Part shown: in pieces, positions 48,855-60,858 of the stretch | Layout of the letters: each line of letters opens with the position of its first letter | Position numbering within the stretch: position 1 is the stretch's first letter | Source: Okamejei kenojei | Taxonomy: Eukaryota | Assembly: GCA_035221665.1 (NCBI GenBank) | Contig: CM069143.1 | Span: 20,646,001 to 20,710,000, forward strand | Length of the DNA stretch: 64,000 nucleotides | Direction of reading: 5' to 3' | The notes under the pieces: generated by a model | Told to the model about the DNA's origin: nothing | Seen by the model: only the letters and a program-made list of their open reading frames with translations | Databases searched by the model: none | Made by a program: the position numbers and the translations under genes

Positions 48855-49950
48855 TGGTTGCAGGGGAGATTTACTGGCATGTAGCCTGGATAGAATGTTT
48901 AAGCTATGAGAAGATACTGGAGAGGTGTTTGTTTTCCTTGGTGTGAAGGAGGTTGAGTCGGGGACCTGATATGAGTTTCATCACGAGAGGCTTAGATGGA
49001 GTGGATAGGAAACAACCTTTCACCATAACGGAGATGTCTAAAACCAGAGGGAATAGGTTTAAGGTGAGGAGTATGAAGGTTAAGGGCCTGTCTCACTAAC
49101 GTGACCTTTCAGTGACTGTTTTCGACCTTCAAGCTCGAGGGCACTTGCCTGAAAAACAGCGAGTTGGATCAAGCAACCGCACACACAAACACATTGCAAA
49201 GGCGGGGGCCAGGGAAAGCGGTGGAGCGCTGTCTGAAATTCACACCCACGATGAAGAGGTAGGTAAAAGATTGCTGCACAGTTACGGGGGGGGGGGGGGG
49301 AGAGAGAAGGGGGGGAGAAGGAGTAGAGACACGTTTAAGAAGTCAGACAACGTTTAATCAAGTTTAGCGGCCATTTTACATTACCGGTCAGTTTTCCTTG
49401 GTCCTGAAAACGCCAATGAGCCAATTAAAATGCCCAGCCAGAGAAGGAGAATGCCTACGGCTGCCCTCGACAGCCTGTAACTGCATAGCGGCCCCACTCC
49501 ACTACGAGTTCAAAAGAACCATGCCAACCAATTTTTACTCGCTGAAAATTTTTCAACATGCAAAAAAGAATTTCTGTGATCTAGCTGAGGCCGTGAGTAG
49601 GCGGGAACTTCCCTCGAGCATAAAGGAGAGTTCTAGTGACCTCCTAGGACCACGTGTCGACAATGCTGTGAGTTTGAGTCAAGGGCAAACTCTTCTAAAC
49701 TCACAGATTAGGTCGCTGCAGTGGGACAGCCCCTTTAGAGAGGTTCTGACGATATATCTTTTCACCCAGAAGGTGACTGCATTCTGGAGCCCAGTGTCTG
49801 AGAAGGTGGTGTGGGAAAGTACTCTCACACAGTTGAAAAGTTTCAGGATGAGCACTTCATTTGTCAAGGTGTAAATGGATTATTTCAAATGGGTGCTTGA
49901 TGCCAGTATGGATATTGTGGGCCAAAGAGCCTCTGTGCTGCATGATGCAA
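48855..49950 (+). mobile_element. Decayed CR1 LINE 3' part split by a MITE
   Basis: CR1 RT C-terminal and tail text lies on both sides of 49083-49734. Confidence 0.7.
49083..49734. mobile_element. PIF/Harbinger MITE
   Basis: TTA|AGGGCCTGTCTCACT...AGTGGGACAGCCCCT|TTA. Confidence 0.9.
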
Positions 49951-51367
49951 TGACACTAATTGCGATCTCTTTGTTTGAGCATTTGCATGTTAGCCTCCAG
50001 TATATATACATGTGGGATTTTCAATCTTTCACTGATGCTCTGATTATACTAACTAAATGGCTCTTCGTGGCTCTGTTGCAACACGTGACAGATCTTTGAA
50101 GAGAGAGAAATACCATGAAAATGAGTCAGATAAACATTTTTATTTAGTAGTATTACGAGATGGGAGGGCGGCACCGGCACTAAAAACTAGTTTTAATTGG
50201 ATCACAATTTTAAGCAGATATAATAATTATATTTGTTTAATGGATCTGGCAGGCATGCTGGATGCTGTACATATGTGGCATCCTCAGGAACCTGATCAGG
50301 GAGAAGCACTGCCAGGTGTCAGAGCTGGCAGCTTTCAGTAATGGATCCATAGAAAAGCACAGCTCAAATTGAGGACGAGTAACAGACTGAAGACTATTGA
50401 CCATTGGCCATATCATAGAATATCACAGCACAGAAGGGGACCATTTGGATCATTTGCACAAGAGCAGCTTTTTAAAAGCATTGACTGTCATTTTGACTGT
50501 CATTTTGCAATACTGTCATTGCCCTTTCTCTATAATCCTGTAAATACATATCCAATTCAATACTGGATGTAGCTGCCAAATCTATCAACACCCTCTCAGT
50601 AGAGCACCTGGACAAAGACAACGAGAAAAATATGCTCCATTTCGTCTCTGATTATTTTGCTTTTTAACTTAAATCCACCATTGTCCACTTATTTCTTCAA
50701 CTCATCAGTGAAAAGTTTAGCCTTGTTACATTCCCCAAATTACCTAGATTTTAATTGTTGGTTGTATATCTTTTCCTGTCCTTCATTGTCTGATACAGAC
50801 CATTTGCAGTTTCTCAAGTAACGTCTCTAGTCCCACATATTCGTTATCATGCCTGTAACTGCCTCTGCAAACTTGCCAAGGCCTTGCCGTCCTTTCTAGA
50901 ATGTTAGACAGTTACAATTGAAATAATACTTTCAAGAGTAAGCTTGCATTTTAGCCGATTGTTTAATGATATTCTTAATAATAAATGAAAATGACATACA
51001 CAATAATTGAAAATAGTTTTATAACTGCTCAACAATTTAAGCAGATGTAATAATAATTTTTTATAAAAAAAATTTCAGTTTCCATAAGCAAAATCGCCAG
51101 ACAAGTCAACTATAACACTGACCCCACCACAGTTATTCTGGTCTCATCCCATCAAGCATCTTGGTGCACATACTGTACAGAGTACAACAAAATCAGCTTA
51201 ACTTTAACTACTCCATTGAGAGAGCTGGGATCTATTTCCATTTAATGGTACAGTATTTACACAGCTTTCACCTTGAATTAAACAATACTGTATCTCAAAA
51301 GATCTGTGGGCAGGAGGCTGAATTAAACACAAAATGAAGATTTGCTGTTCACTATTTTAACCTCCAT

Positions 51368-52035
51368 AATGCATGTAGATAGGGTGGTAAAGAAAGCCTT
51401 TGGTGTGCTGGCCTTTATAAATCAGAGCATTGAATATAGGAGTAGGGAAGTAATGTTAAAATTGTACAAGGCATTGGTAAGACCAATTCTGGAGTATGGT
51501 GTACAATTTTGGTCGCCTAGTTATAGGAAGGATGTCAACAAAATAGAGAGAGTACAGAGGAGATTTACTGGAATGTTGCCAGGGTTCCAGCAACTATGTT
51601 ACAGAGAAAGGTTGAACAAGTTAGGTCTTTATTCTTTGGAGCGCAGAAGGTTAAGGGGGGACTTGATTGAGGTCTTTAAAATGATGAAAGGGATAGACAG
51701 AGTTGACGTGGATACGTTTTTCCCATTGAGGGTAGGGAAGATTCAAACAAGAGGGCATGACATGAGAATTAACGGACAGAGGTTTCGGGGTAACGTGAGG
51801 GGGAACTTCTTTACTCAGAGGGTGGTGGCTGTGTGGAATGAGCTTCCAGCAGAAGTGGTGGAGGCAGGATCGATTTTAACATTTAAGAGTAAAGTGGATA
51901 GGTATATGGACGTGAAGGGAATGGAGGGGTATGGTCTGAGTGCAGGTAGATGGGACTAGGGGAAAACAAATGGTCGGCACGGACTGGAAGGGTCGAGAGG
52001 GCCTGTTTCCGTGCTGTAATTGTTATATGGTTATA
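51368..52035 (+). mobile_element. Young 5'-truncated CR1 LINE
   Basis: Open frame to 51959 (LYKALVRPILEYGVQFWSP..LERRRLRGDLIEVFK..FFTQRVVAVWNELP) followed by the CR1 3' UTR and tail. Confidence 0.93.
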
Positions 52036-52724
52036 GTATTTCTCCTAACTTTTTGTAATGTACTGAACACCTCTGGCCATCAACAAATTGCCAGCTCAGA
52101 TTAACAAAGCTAAATTACTTTCAGAATACCTCCCTTCTTTGTGAGCTCTGTCACCAATGCCAAAAGTCATCATGTAAGCATCCATCATGTAATTCCCCAT
52201 TTTGTGTCACAAGTAATGTTACTATGAGCACAGAGTGATGTACTGGATTAATAGCTGTCTCTCTCTCCTAACACCATGATGCCAGCAACATTTGGTTAAG
52301 GAGTCAGCAAATCAAAGAGAAGACACAGTGCCACCCTCCTACTGGTATCAATCTTCTTCTTGCATATGGTGTGCACAGCCTAAAATTGTAGGACAACTTG
52401 TTCTATTTGATCGTGCATGCCAGGTTGATTGCATTTGTTGTAAGAGGGCGGACCACGTGAAGGTTGCAATCTACCACCCCCTGGTATCAATGAGTACGTC
52501 AAAGAAGGAGCACAGCTAGTGTTACCCAAATGCACGGTGGCACAGTGATAGAATTGCTGCCTCATGGTGCCAGAGGCCTGAGTTCGATCCTGACTATGCT
52601 ACTGTCTGTATGGAGTTTGTTCATTCTCCCATGATCTGCGTAAGTTTTCTCCGGGATCGCCGGATTTCTCCCACACTGCAAAGACGTACAGGTTTGTATG
52701 CTAATTGGCTTGGTAAAATTGAAA

Positions 52725-53942
52725 ATTTGATTTGATTTGATTTTATTACTTGTCATTCAAACCTCAGAGAGGCTCGAACGAAACTCCGTTTCTACAAACC
52801 ATACAAACAAACAAACAGAACAATTCATAAAAAAACACGAAACAATTAAATTCACACAAACATCCATCACAGTGGATCTCCTCCTCACTGTGATGGAAGG
52901 CAAAGTTCTTCTCTCTCCCCCGCACCATCTCTCTCCCGATGTCGAAGCCCCAGGCGGGCGGTGTTAAGTCCCATGTCCATTGAGGCCGCGCCGGGCGATG
53001 TACGGCCCCGTTCCAGGCCCAAAGTCACAAAGTTGGAGCCCCCAGCGGGAGCTGGAATGTCCCGCAGCCATTAAAGCCGCGCCGGGCGATGCTCGGCCCC
53101 GCTCCGGGTCGTTCCAACCCCGCGACACGGGCTGGAGATGTTGTGTTGCGGAGCTCCGGAGAGCGGTCTCCCACCCGGACCCGCGAGCTCCCGACACCCC
53201 AACAGTCCACCGTCAGCAATTCGCAGCTGGAGACGGAGCTGGAGCCCCGGAGTCGGGCCGCAGCTGGAGCCGGAGCCGGAGCCTCAGAGTCAGGCCGGAG
53301 CTGAAGCCGGAGCTGGAGCCCCGGAGTCGGGCCGGAGTTGGAGCTGGAGCCCCGGAGTCGGGCCGGAGTTGGAGCTGGAGCCCCGGAGTCGGGCCGGCGC
53401 TGAAGCCGGAGCTGGAGCCCCGGAGTCGGGCCGGAGCTGGAGCCGGAGTTGGAGCTGGAGCCCCGGAGTCGGGCCGGAGCTGGAGCCCTGGAGTCGGGCC
53501 GCAACTGAAACCGGAGCCGGAGCCCCGTAGTGGGGCCGGAGCTGGAGCTCCGGAGCCGGGCTGGAGCCGGAGCTGGAGCTGGAGTTGGAGCTGGAGCCCC
53601 GGAGTCAGGCCGGAGCTGGAGCCCCGGAGTTGGGCCGGAGCTGGAGCCAGAGCTGGAGCTCCGGAGTCGCCCCGGAGTCGAGCTGGAGCCGGAGCTGGAG
53701 CCCTGGAGTCGGGCTGGAGCTGGAGCCCCGGAGTCGGGCCGCACCGGCCATCCACCACCGCTCCCCACGCTCCGAGGCCGGCCAGCCCCACGACGGTAAG
53801 CTCTCAGCTCCGCGACTGGAGCCCCCAGGTCGTCCCGGTCGGAGGCCGCTCCACAGCACCAGGCCCCAACGACAACGGAGACCTGACAGGGAAAAAGTCA
53901 GGTCTCCCGTGCAGGGAAGAGATTAAAAATGTTTCCCCCCTT

Positions 53943-53974
<32 letters not shown>

Positions 53975-54109
53975 ACCCCCCACATATACACAGTTAGAAA
54001 ACAATACAAAAAAAACACAAACAACTACATTTAACTAGACAAAAAACAAAAAAAGACAGACAGGCTGTAGGGGCCGCTGCAACGTGAGTCGCGCTCGCCC
54101 TTGGCACCC
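52725..54109 (-). mobile_element. Non-autonomous LINE-derived retroelement with internal minisatellite
   Basis: Minus-strand tail gacaagtaataaaa(TCAAA)n and a CpG-rich body with no recognisable protein. Nested in a SINE. Confidence 0.65.
53225..53742. repeat. GC-rich minisatellite (GGAGCY hexamers; ~24-bp GGAGCTGGAGCCCCGGAGTCGGGCC unit)
   Basis: Directly visible tandem array. Confidence 0.95.
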
Positions 54110-54833
54110 GTCCATTGTGTGGGTAAGATAGTGTTAGTGTGTAGGGATCACTGGTCGGCGCGGACTCAGTGGGCTGAAGAGCCTGATTCCACGCTGTATC
54201 TCTAAACTAAACTAAAACACACGAGAACAAATATGACAATCTAAAGGCAAGGATTTGTTGGTAACTGATTCAGTGATATTCACAGTTAAAATGTACACAC
54301 TGTCAAAATGAAATTATAATATGAGAGAAACAGCAAAAACAGGCGTCTTATGAAATAATTATCGTTTCAAACAACAAAATAACAAGAATACTGTATGACT
54401 TGGAAACCATCACTTAAAACAAAAGATGGATTAACGCATTAAAGTTTTGAATGTAAAAATTGGTTTTAAATGATTCCCAACAAAATTGTTGATTTGAATT
54501 TGAAGAACATGATAAGCATGCTGTGAAATGCATTAGCAGTCGATATGCAAAGTTGTCTAATTTGAATAATCTGTTGATTCAAATTTGAAAATTGCAAAGA
54601 ATGCCTCCTGTGACAATATTACTTAATTTGAACCAATACATAATTCAACATTTGAAGCTTGAAATGACTGAATTAATTAGTGATTTTGTATATATGAGCC
54701 AACATCATAATTAGTTTGAATAGCCATTTTACAATTTGGAATTGATCTAACAAATGAACGATACAATATATAACGCCATTGGTCTTATCAGACCTTTATT
54801 AAGATCTTAGTTGCATTATCGTAATCATCTTAC

Positions 54834-55006
54834 CTTGTTCAGGAACCTGGGAACCGGTAGAATTGAGAGTTGTATTCAATACTTCATTGATTGCTGTGTC
54901 ACAGCACAGACCCCTGTGTGCATCGTGTTCGCTGTCAGTCTGGTCACTCTCCTCATGTCCGCTGTCCTTGAGACTGTTCCTCTCCAGATCCTTGAATGTG
55001 GAACTA
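54834..55006 (-). CDS. PCDH19: Protocadherin-19 internal coding exon (CM1-motif exon, equivalent to human exon 5)
   Basis: Minus strand reads ttcag|T AGT TCC ACA TTC AAG ... CCT GAA CAA G|gtaaga. It is 173 bp and stop-free, translating (S)[72 protein letters not shown] is the PCDH19 form of the delta-2 protocadherin CM1 motif. Length and phases match human exon 5 as recalled. Confidence 0.93.
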
Positions 55007-56082
55007 CTGAAGCGTGAAGCAATACTGATTTATTGTCATGCCTAGCAGTATCAGATAATGCTCTCCTTATGGAAAATAAATGTATTCCAATACATATTGC
55101 TTCACATTGAAGTCCATCAAAATTATATTGCCAGATATTACATTTTGTTTCAAAATATATCAAAGTGGTTATATCACTTTACTCCACCCCCCCTCCACCC
55201 GCAACCTCATAAAGGTTGCAAAGCAAATTTAGTTATATATTTCCATTCCAATTCTTTCCTTTTCTGCCTCTGTTGAAATTGCCCTCTCTGTATTTCTGAC
55301 AAATTCTTGTCAATTTCAGCTCAATACTGCTTTCTCAGTATTGTTCATCAAGTGACCTCTTATGCACCTGAGCTGGTTTGAATTGAAACCCACTGTTGCT
55401 GGATTATTGCTGCAGGATATCGATTACATTTAAATAGAAAGAAATGGCAATTTAGAAAACAAATCTTTTAATTTACTTTATTTTCATATAAAATTGTTTA
55501 GAAACAGGGATGCTTCCAGATTGAAAGTAACAAAAATGCCACATTCTTGTATATTTTACTGTATATTTGTACTCTAGTACATTAAGAAATGGCATTTTTT
55601 TTTTAACAACAAGGTCCACAATAAAGGGCCGATTCCAAGTATGTGCTTTTTAGGGAGGCAGGAATGTAAGACACTGTGGGTATACTCAGCCCATTAACTC
55701 CTTCCTTAATAATGACACCTTTCCCTATCTATTCCCTAATGCAATTCCTAATTCAATTTCACATGAAGTAATTTTTATGGCTAGCAATGTACTGTGTAGT
55801 TGTTCGATCTTTCCTCATTGTAATTTGTTAATGGGAGTTTAATCACAAGATGGCCAAATTTGAAGTCGGAGAATGCAGGTGACCCTGTCAGATATTGAGC
55901 GGGTTGTGTTAGGAGCTGTATAAATCAGCCACTTGTTGAGTTACACATCTAATTTTATGTTACATTAATTCAAATTGACTGATATATAGCTGGAAGTGAG
56001 CAAGGAATTTGCCTGAAATCTCTGTAATTTAAGAAAGTACCTGGGAACCTGAGGACTTTGCGATACATATTACCACCCAGGG

Positions 56083-56450
56083 GCATCTGATTCACCTTAC
56101 ACCAGGGGACCAGTCATAGGCATCTGACATCGGAGAAACATTTGTAATCATCTGATGCCCGGGAACTGATTGCGGCCATCTAATGTCAGGGGAATAGGGA
56201 GGAGGTCCATTGGCCATCTATGGGCATATAATGCCCAGAAACAGTCTGTGCTCATTTGACCCGGGGGATTGCTGAGGTCTGTCTGAGACTGCGTGGCCAC
56301 CCATGGCTATCTGATATCAGAGGTGCATCAAAGGGGATCTAACATTGCTGGAACATCCATAGTCGTCTGATGTCAGGAGACTACCTCTGGTCTTATGACA
56401 CTGAGCTGCTGCCTGACATCCATGGAGCATCTATAGCCATCTGATATTGG
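56083..56450. repeat. Degenerate 28-bp-period minisatellite with CATCTGA-like core
   Basis: Cores at 56121, 56149, 56177, 56225, 56253, 56280, 56308, 56336, 56364, 56392 and 56438, mostly 28 bp apart. Confidence 0.7.
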
Positions 56451-56454
56451 GAAA

Positions 56455-56670
56455 GAGGGGCAGGTTTTTCATGGAGAGTAGTGGGTATATAGAACACACT
56501 GCCAGAGGAGGTGATAAAGCCTGGTACAAAGCATTTAAAAAGGTACATGGGTAGAAAAGAGTGATATGGGCCAAATGCAGGAAAATGGGATCAGTGAGGC
56601 TAGGCATTTTATCCAGCATGATCGAGTCAGACTGAAGGGTCTGTTTCCATGCAGTACAGCTCCACGACTC
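56455..56670 (+). mobile_element. CR1 LINE 3' tail
   Basis: gagagtagtgggtatatagaacacactgccagaggagg...ctgaagggtctgtttcc. Confidence 0.7.
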
Positions 56671-58811
56671 TTGAAATGGTAGTCTGAGAATAAGGAAAAC
56701 AGTTTTAATGCTATTGGAGTGAAATCAACAGCTTAAGTAATGCTATTTATTTCATAGCTGATGTAATTCAGAATCTTGGTATTTAATCCTTGTGTAGAAT
56801 TGAGATCCTTAATTGTCTGTGCATTTGTGTGAAACCACATGCAGCACACAGTGAAGGAAATGGCCGAAGGATTTCATAGTGCTATCTATCCACCCTTTTT
56901 GCAGAAAGAAATTACAGCTGCATGAGAAAGCAGACAGTTAATTACATTAGACTGAGATTCAGAAAAAGTCCCAGTTAACTAGCAACGACATTTTGATGTC
57001 CAAGTGCTCAGGAAAGATTCCAGCACCAAAATAAATGATATGACTCATTACAGGCTTTATTTTATTTCAGTTTATTCAGATAACGTCCTGAATTCAATAA
57101 TGTTCAGAGCTGGTTTTCTCTGCACAGTATTAAGATGGGCATTATCATTCTACGTAGAAAATTTGGGTGAGATTAAGCCATAATTGGCAGCAGCACATCC
57201 AAAAATTCCTTCACATTCAACAAATAAATTATGATGCTAGAAGAAAGCAAATTTGTTCCTTCTATTAAAAAAAATGTATTCCTTTTGAATTATATTACTT
57301 TAAACATTGCCTAGTATAAAATAAATTATTGAGGGACAGAACCGAGGTGAGATGAAACATTTCAATCTCCTCTCCGAATTTAATAACAAACATAGCTAAT
57401 GATCCTACATTATACTGTGGTACTGAGGCACACACCCTATTAAATCCCCTTTAATTCTACCATGTCTTTATTCACCCTATCTAGCTATCAGCAAATGGAG
57501 GGTACCACTGGCCTTAGTAACCATGCACCATTTCATGGCAGTACGGTATTCTCAGACATGCATGAGAGTTTTTTTCAGAGGCTGAGAACCAAGTTGTGCT
57601 TGTCTGCACAGTCAAACAGCTCACTCCCTGGACTTGCTTATTAGAAATAGTGAGTTACAAAAGATCTGTCACTTCAACTGGAGCTGAACTCACTGCAACA
57701 AGAAGCAGAGAGTAGGAAGACACAACTGGGAATGGAAAGACATTTGAAAAAGCTGTTAAAATGTTTGGATTGGTGAAAATGATTTGCGTGTATGTGATGC
57801 CAAACCACTATATGAATTTATACCTTTTAATGAAACGAGCTGCACAAATGATTTCCCAAAAGGATGGAAGGGTGGAGGTGAGCTGTAACTTTTATTACTT
57901 GCGCCATGGAGCTTAAGATAACAGAGGATATTTCAATACCCTGCAACTTTGTGGGGTGCAACTGCTTCTTCCTTTCTCCAAAACTATTTGCATTTATTAT
58001 TGATGCATGTTTCTGCGTACAGTATATTAACATGTGGAAAGAATGAACAAATAGCATCTAAAGGTTGTTTATCCTCCATCGTTTTAAATATTTATTGTAA
58101 TTGAAAACCATTATTATAGTCCACTACTGTGGACAGAGCATAGTCATATATTTTCATTAACTGGAGCTATGAACCCAATTTAAAACAGCAAAACTGTACA
58201 ATTTATCTTGAATAAACATTTTTTTCTTTAAGACATAGTAAAGGACCTGACACCGATATCTACAGATCTAATCATTTTTTGCTTTCCTTTGTTGTATGTA
58301 TTATATTAATGTTGTATGTATTATATTAATGAAAGGTCACGTCATCCTTCCTTGACTCCCAACTTCCCTGCTGCTAAAAGATCAGAGCATCGGTTGACAT
58401 GGAGTTTATGCAAAGCAGCCTAAATCTCCTTCCCCCATCCTCATCAATAATACTCATCAGTTTCATCTGAACATATGCAAGCCACAAGACCACCAGTGTT
58501 TAAAATTCAATGTGCTCTAGCACATGCTGCAGGGTATTGGTATCCACTTCCACCATTAGCAAGAAGAGAATGTTGGTTCATGTGTATAATGCTTATTACA
58601 GTAACATATCAGCATCATCAGATGGTGTGTGGGTCTTTACACTTGGTGTCGAGGGCAGAAATGTCACTATTTCACAATCTACTTGTTAAAAAGTAATGGG
58701 TGTGGTCTGATCAAATGATAATGTCAGGATTTCCATCGACTAAAGGTCCATAAAAAGGGGAAAAAAAGCATGGGTAAAGTAAGATTGTCAGATGGAAATT
58801 GAACGAAAGAG

Positions 58812-59120
58812 AGCACAGGTGGCACAGCTAGTACAGCCTCTGCCTCGCGGCGCCTGAGACCTGGGTTCAATCTGCTTTTGTGGAGTTATTCCAGTGAACA
58901 TGAGTACTTCCATTGAGTCCTCCAGCTAACCAAAGAAGATTGCTAGGTTAATTGTTCCTCATGTGTAAGTGAGTAGTGGAATCTGTGGAGAGTTGTTGAG
59001 AATGTCGGGAAAATAATACAAATGGGATTAATGTAAGATTAGTGAAAATACATGGTTGATGGTCAGTGTAGATAGAATCAGTGAGCTGACAGGCTTGTAT
59101 CCATACTACAGTTTACTATA
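58812..59120 (+). mobile_element. HE1/V-SINE, decayed
   Basis: gcacaggtggcacagctag...gagacctgggttcaatc head and a CR1-like tail. Confidence 0.65.
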
Positions 59121-59159
59121 ATTCTGGGTCAAGGTAGGACATGTCAAAGCAGATCACAC

Positions 59160-60265
59160 GGCATTTGATAAGGTCCCACATAGGAGATTAATGGGCAATA
59201 TTAGGGCACATGGTTTTGGGGGTCGAGTGCTGATATGGATAGAAAATTGGTTGGCTGACAGGAAATAAAGAGTAGGGTTTAACAGGTCCCTTTCAGAATG
59301 GCAGGCAGTGACTTGTGGGATGATGCAAGGCTCGGTTCTGGATCCTCAGCTATTTACAATATACATCAATGATTCAGATGAAAGGATTCAAAGTAACATT
59401 AGCAAATTTGCAGATGACACAAAGCTGGGTGGCAGTGTGAACTGTGAGGAGGATGCTATGAGAATGCAGGGTGACTTGGACATGTAGGGTGAGTGGGTAG
59501 ATGCATGGCAGATGCAGTTTAATGTGGATAAATGTGAGGTTCTCGACTTTGGTAGCAAATACAGGAAGGTACATTATTATCCAAATGGTGTCAAGTTGGG
59601 AAAAGGGGAAGTACAACGGGATCTGGTGGTCCCTGTTCATCAGTCAATGAAACTAACCATGCAAGTACAGCAGGCAGTGAAGAAAGCGAATAGCATGTTG
59701 GCCTTCATAACAAGAGGAGTTGAGTACAGGAGCAAAAAGGTCCTTCTACAGTTGTATTAGGCCCTCCTAGTGAGACCACACCTGGAGTATTGTGTGCAGT
59801 TTTGGTCCCCTAATTTGAGGAAGGACATTCTTGCTATCGAGGGAGTACAGCGTAGGTTCACAAGGTTAATCCCCGGGATGGCGGGACTGTCATATGCTGA
59901 GAGAATGGAGCGGCTGGGCTTGTATACTCTGGAATTTCAAAGGATGAGAGGGTATCTAATTGAAATATATAAGATTATTAAGGGTTTGGTCACGCTAGAG
60001 GCAGGAAACATGTTCCCGATGTTGGGGGAGTCCAGAACCAGAGGCCACAGTTTAAGAATAAGGGATAAGGCATTTAGAACGGAGCTGAGGAAACACATTT
60101 TCACACAGAGTTGTGAGTCTGTGGAATTTCTGCCTCAGAGGGCAATGAAGGCCGGTTCTCTGGATACTTTCAAGAGAGAGCTTGATAGGGTTCTAAAAAA
60201 TAGTGGAGTCAGGGGATTGGCGAGAAGGCAGGAACGGGGTACTGATTGTGGATGATCAGCCATGG
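59160..60265 (+). mobile_element. CR1 LINE RT 3' half
   Basis: AFDKVPH, QGSVLDP, KFADDTK and RPHLEYCVQFWSP motifs with stops. Confidence 0.93.
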
Positions 60266-60574
60266 TCTCGAAGGGATATTGTCTATTGGCAAGGCAAAGG
60301 TGAGGATAGGATAGGGCTTCTCGGCAGGGCACAATCGAGGCAAAGCAGGGGTAAAAACAGGGAATGGGTAATGAAGAATACTAAGTAGAGGGAAGGTTGA
60401 GTCAACAAAGAACATGTGCCAAGCAAGACATGGTCCCAAGTTACAGTGGGCATGAGATTTGTGTTTCAAAGTGGGATCTTCAAAAGGCAGTGTACTGGGC
60501 ACAGCGTGGATGGCAAAATTGCAAGCATGTGCAGGACATAGCAAGGCAGTAAAGATGCTGCACCCCAACACCAT

Positions 60575-60858
60575 TTTATTGGGAGGGTCTATTTAAACAT
60601 AGTGCCTATACACGGCGTGGGGGGGTCTGCCGTGAAGGAGGGGGAAGAACAATGGACAATGGATGTCCTGGCGTGGGGGGATTGCCATGAGGGAAGAACA
60701 AAGGGGGAACTGGTGCGGGGGGTGGGGGGATGAATTTGTAACTTGGTAAGTGCCTTTTATGAGCGGCTACTTGCATACCTTGTGTATGCAGGCAAAGAAT
60801 TTAACTCTGACGTCACATGTGACAATAAAGTATTTAATTCAATAAAGTATTCAATTCA
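60575..60858 (+). mobile_element. LINE/SINE 3' tail fragment
   Basis: Ends cacatgtgacaataaagtatt...caattcaa, typical of Rex1/L2-type tails. Confidence 0.45.

Larger units (their letters stand above)
52532..54219 (+). mobile_element. HE1/V-SINE split by a 1.4-kb insertion
   Basis: tRNA-like head (gcacggtggcacagtg...gttcgatcc) to ~52724, resuming at ~54110 and ending (TAAAC)n. Confidence 0.85.

Noticed and set aside
52532-52605. tRNA gene
   Set aside because: The A/B-box head continues into a SINE body and tail, and no full cloverleaf is present.
52964-54038. Multiple long overlapping ORFs (352, 247, 192 aa)
   Set aside because: They arise from a stop-poor GC-rich minisatellite that is open in many frames.
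54811-55163. Track ORFs 54811-55017, 54863-55045 and 54876-55163
   Set aside because: They are wrong-frame or antisense shadows of the real PCDH19 exon.
56083-56450. CRISPR-like repeat-spacer array
   Set aside because: Eukaryotic context, short degenerate cores, related spacers and no cas genes. It is a decayed minisatellite.
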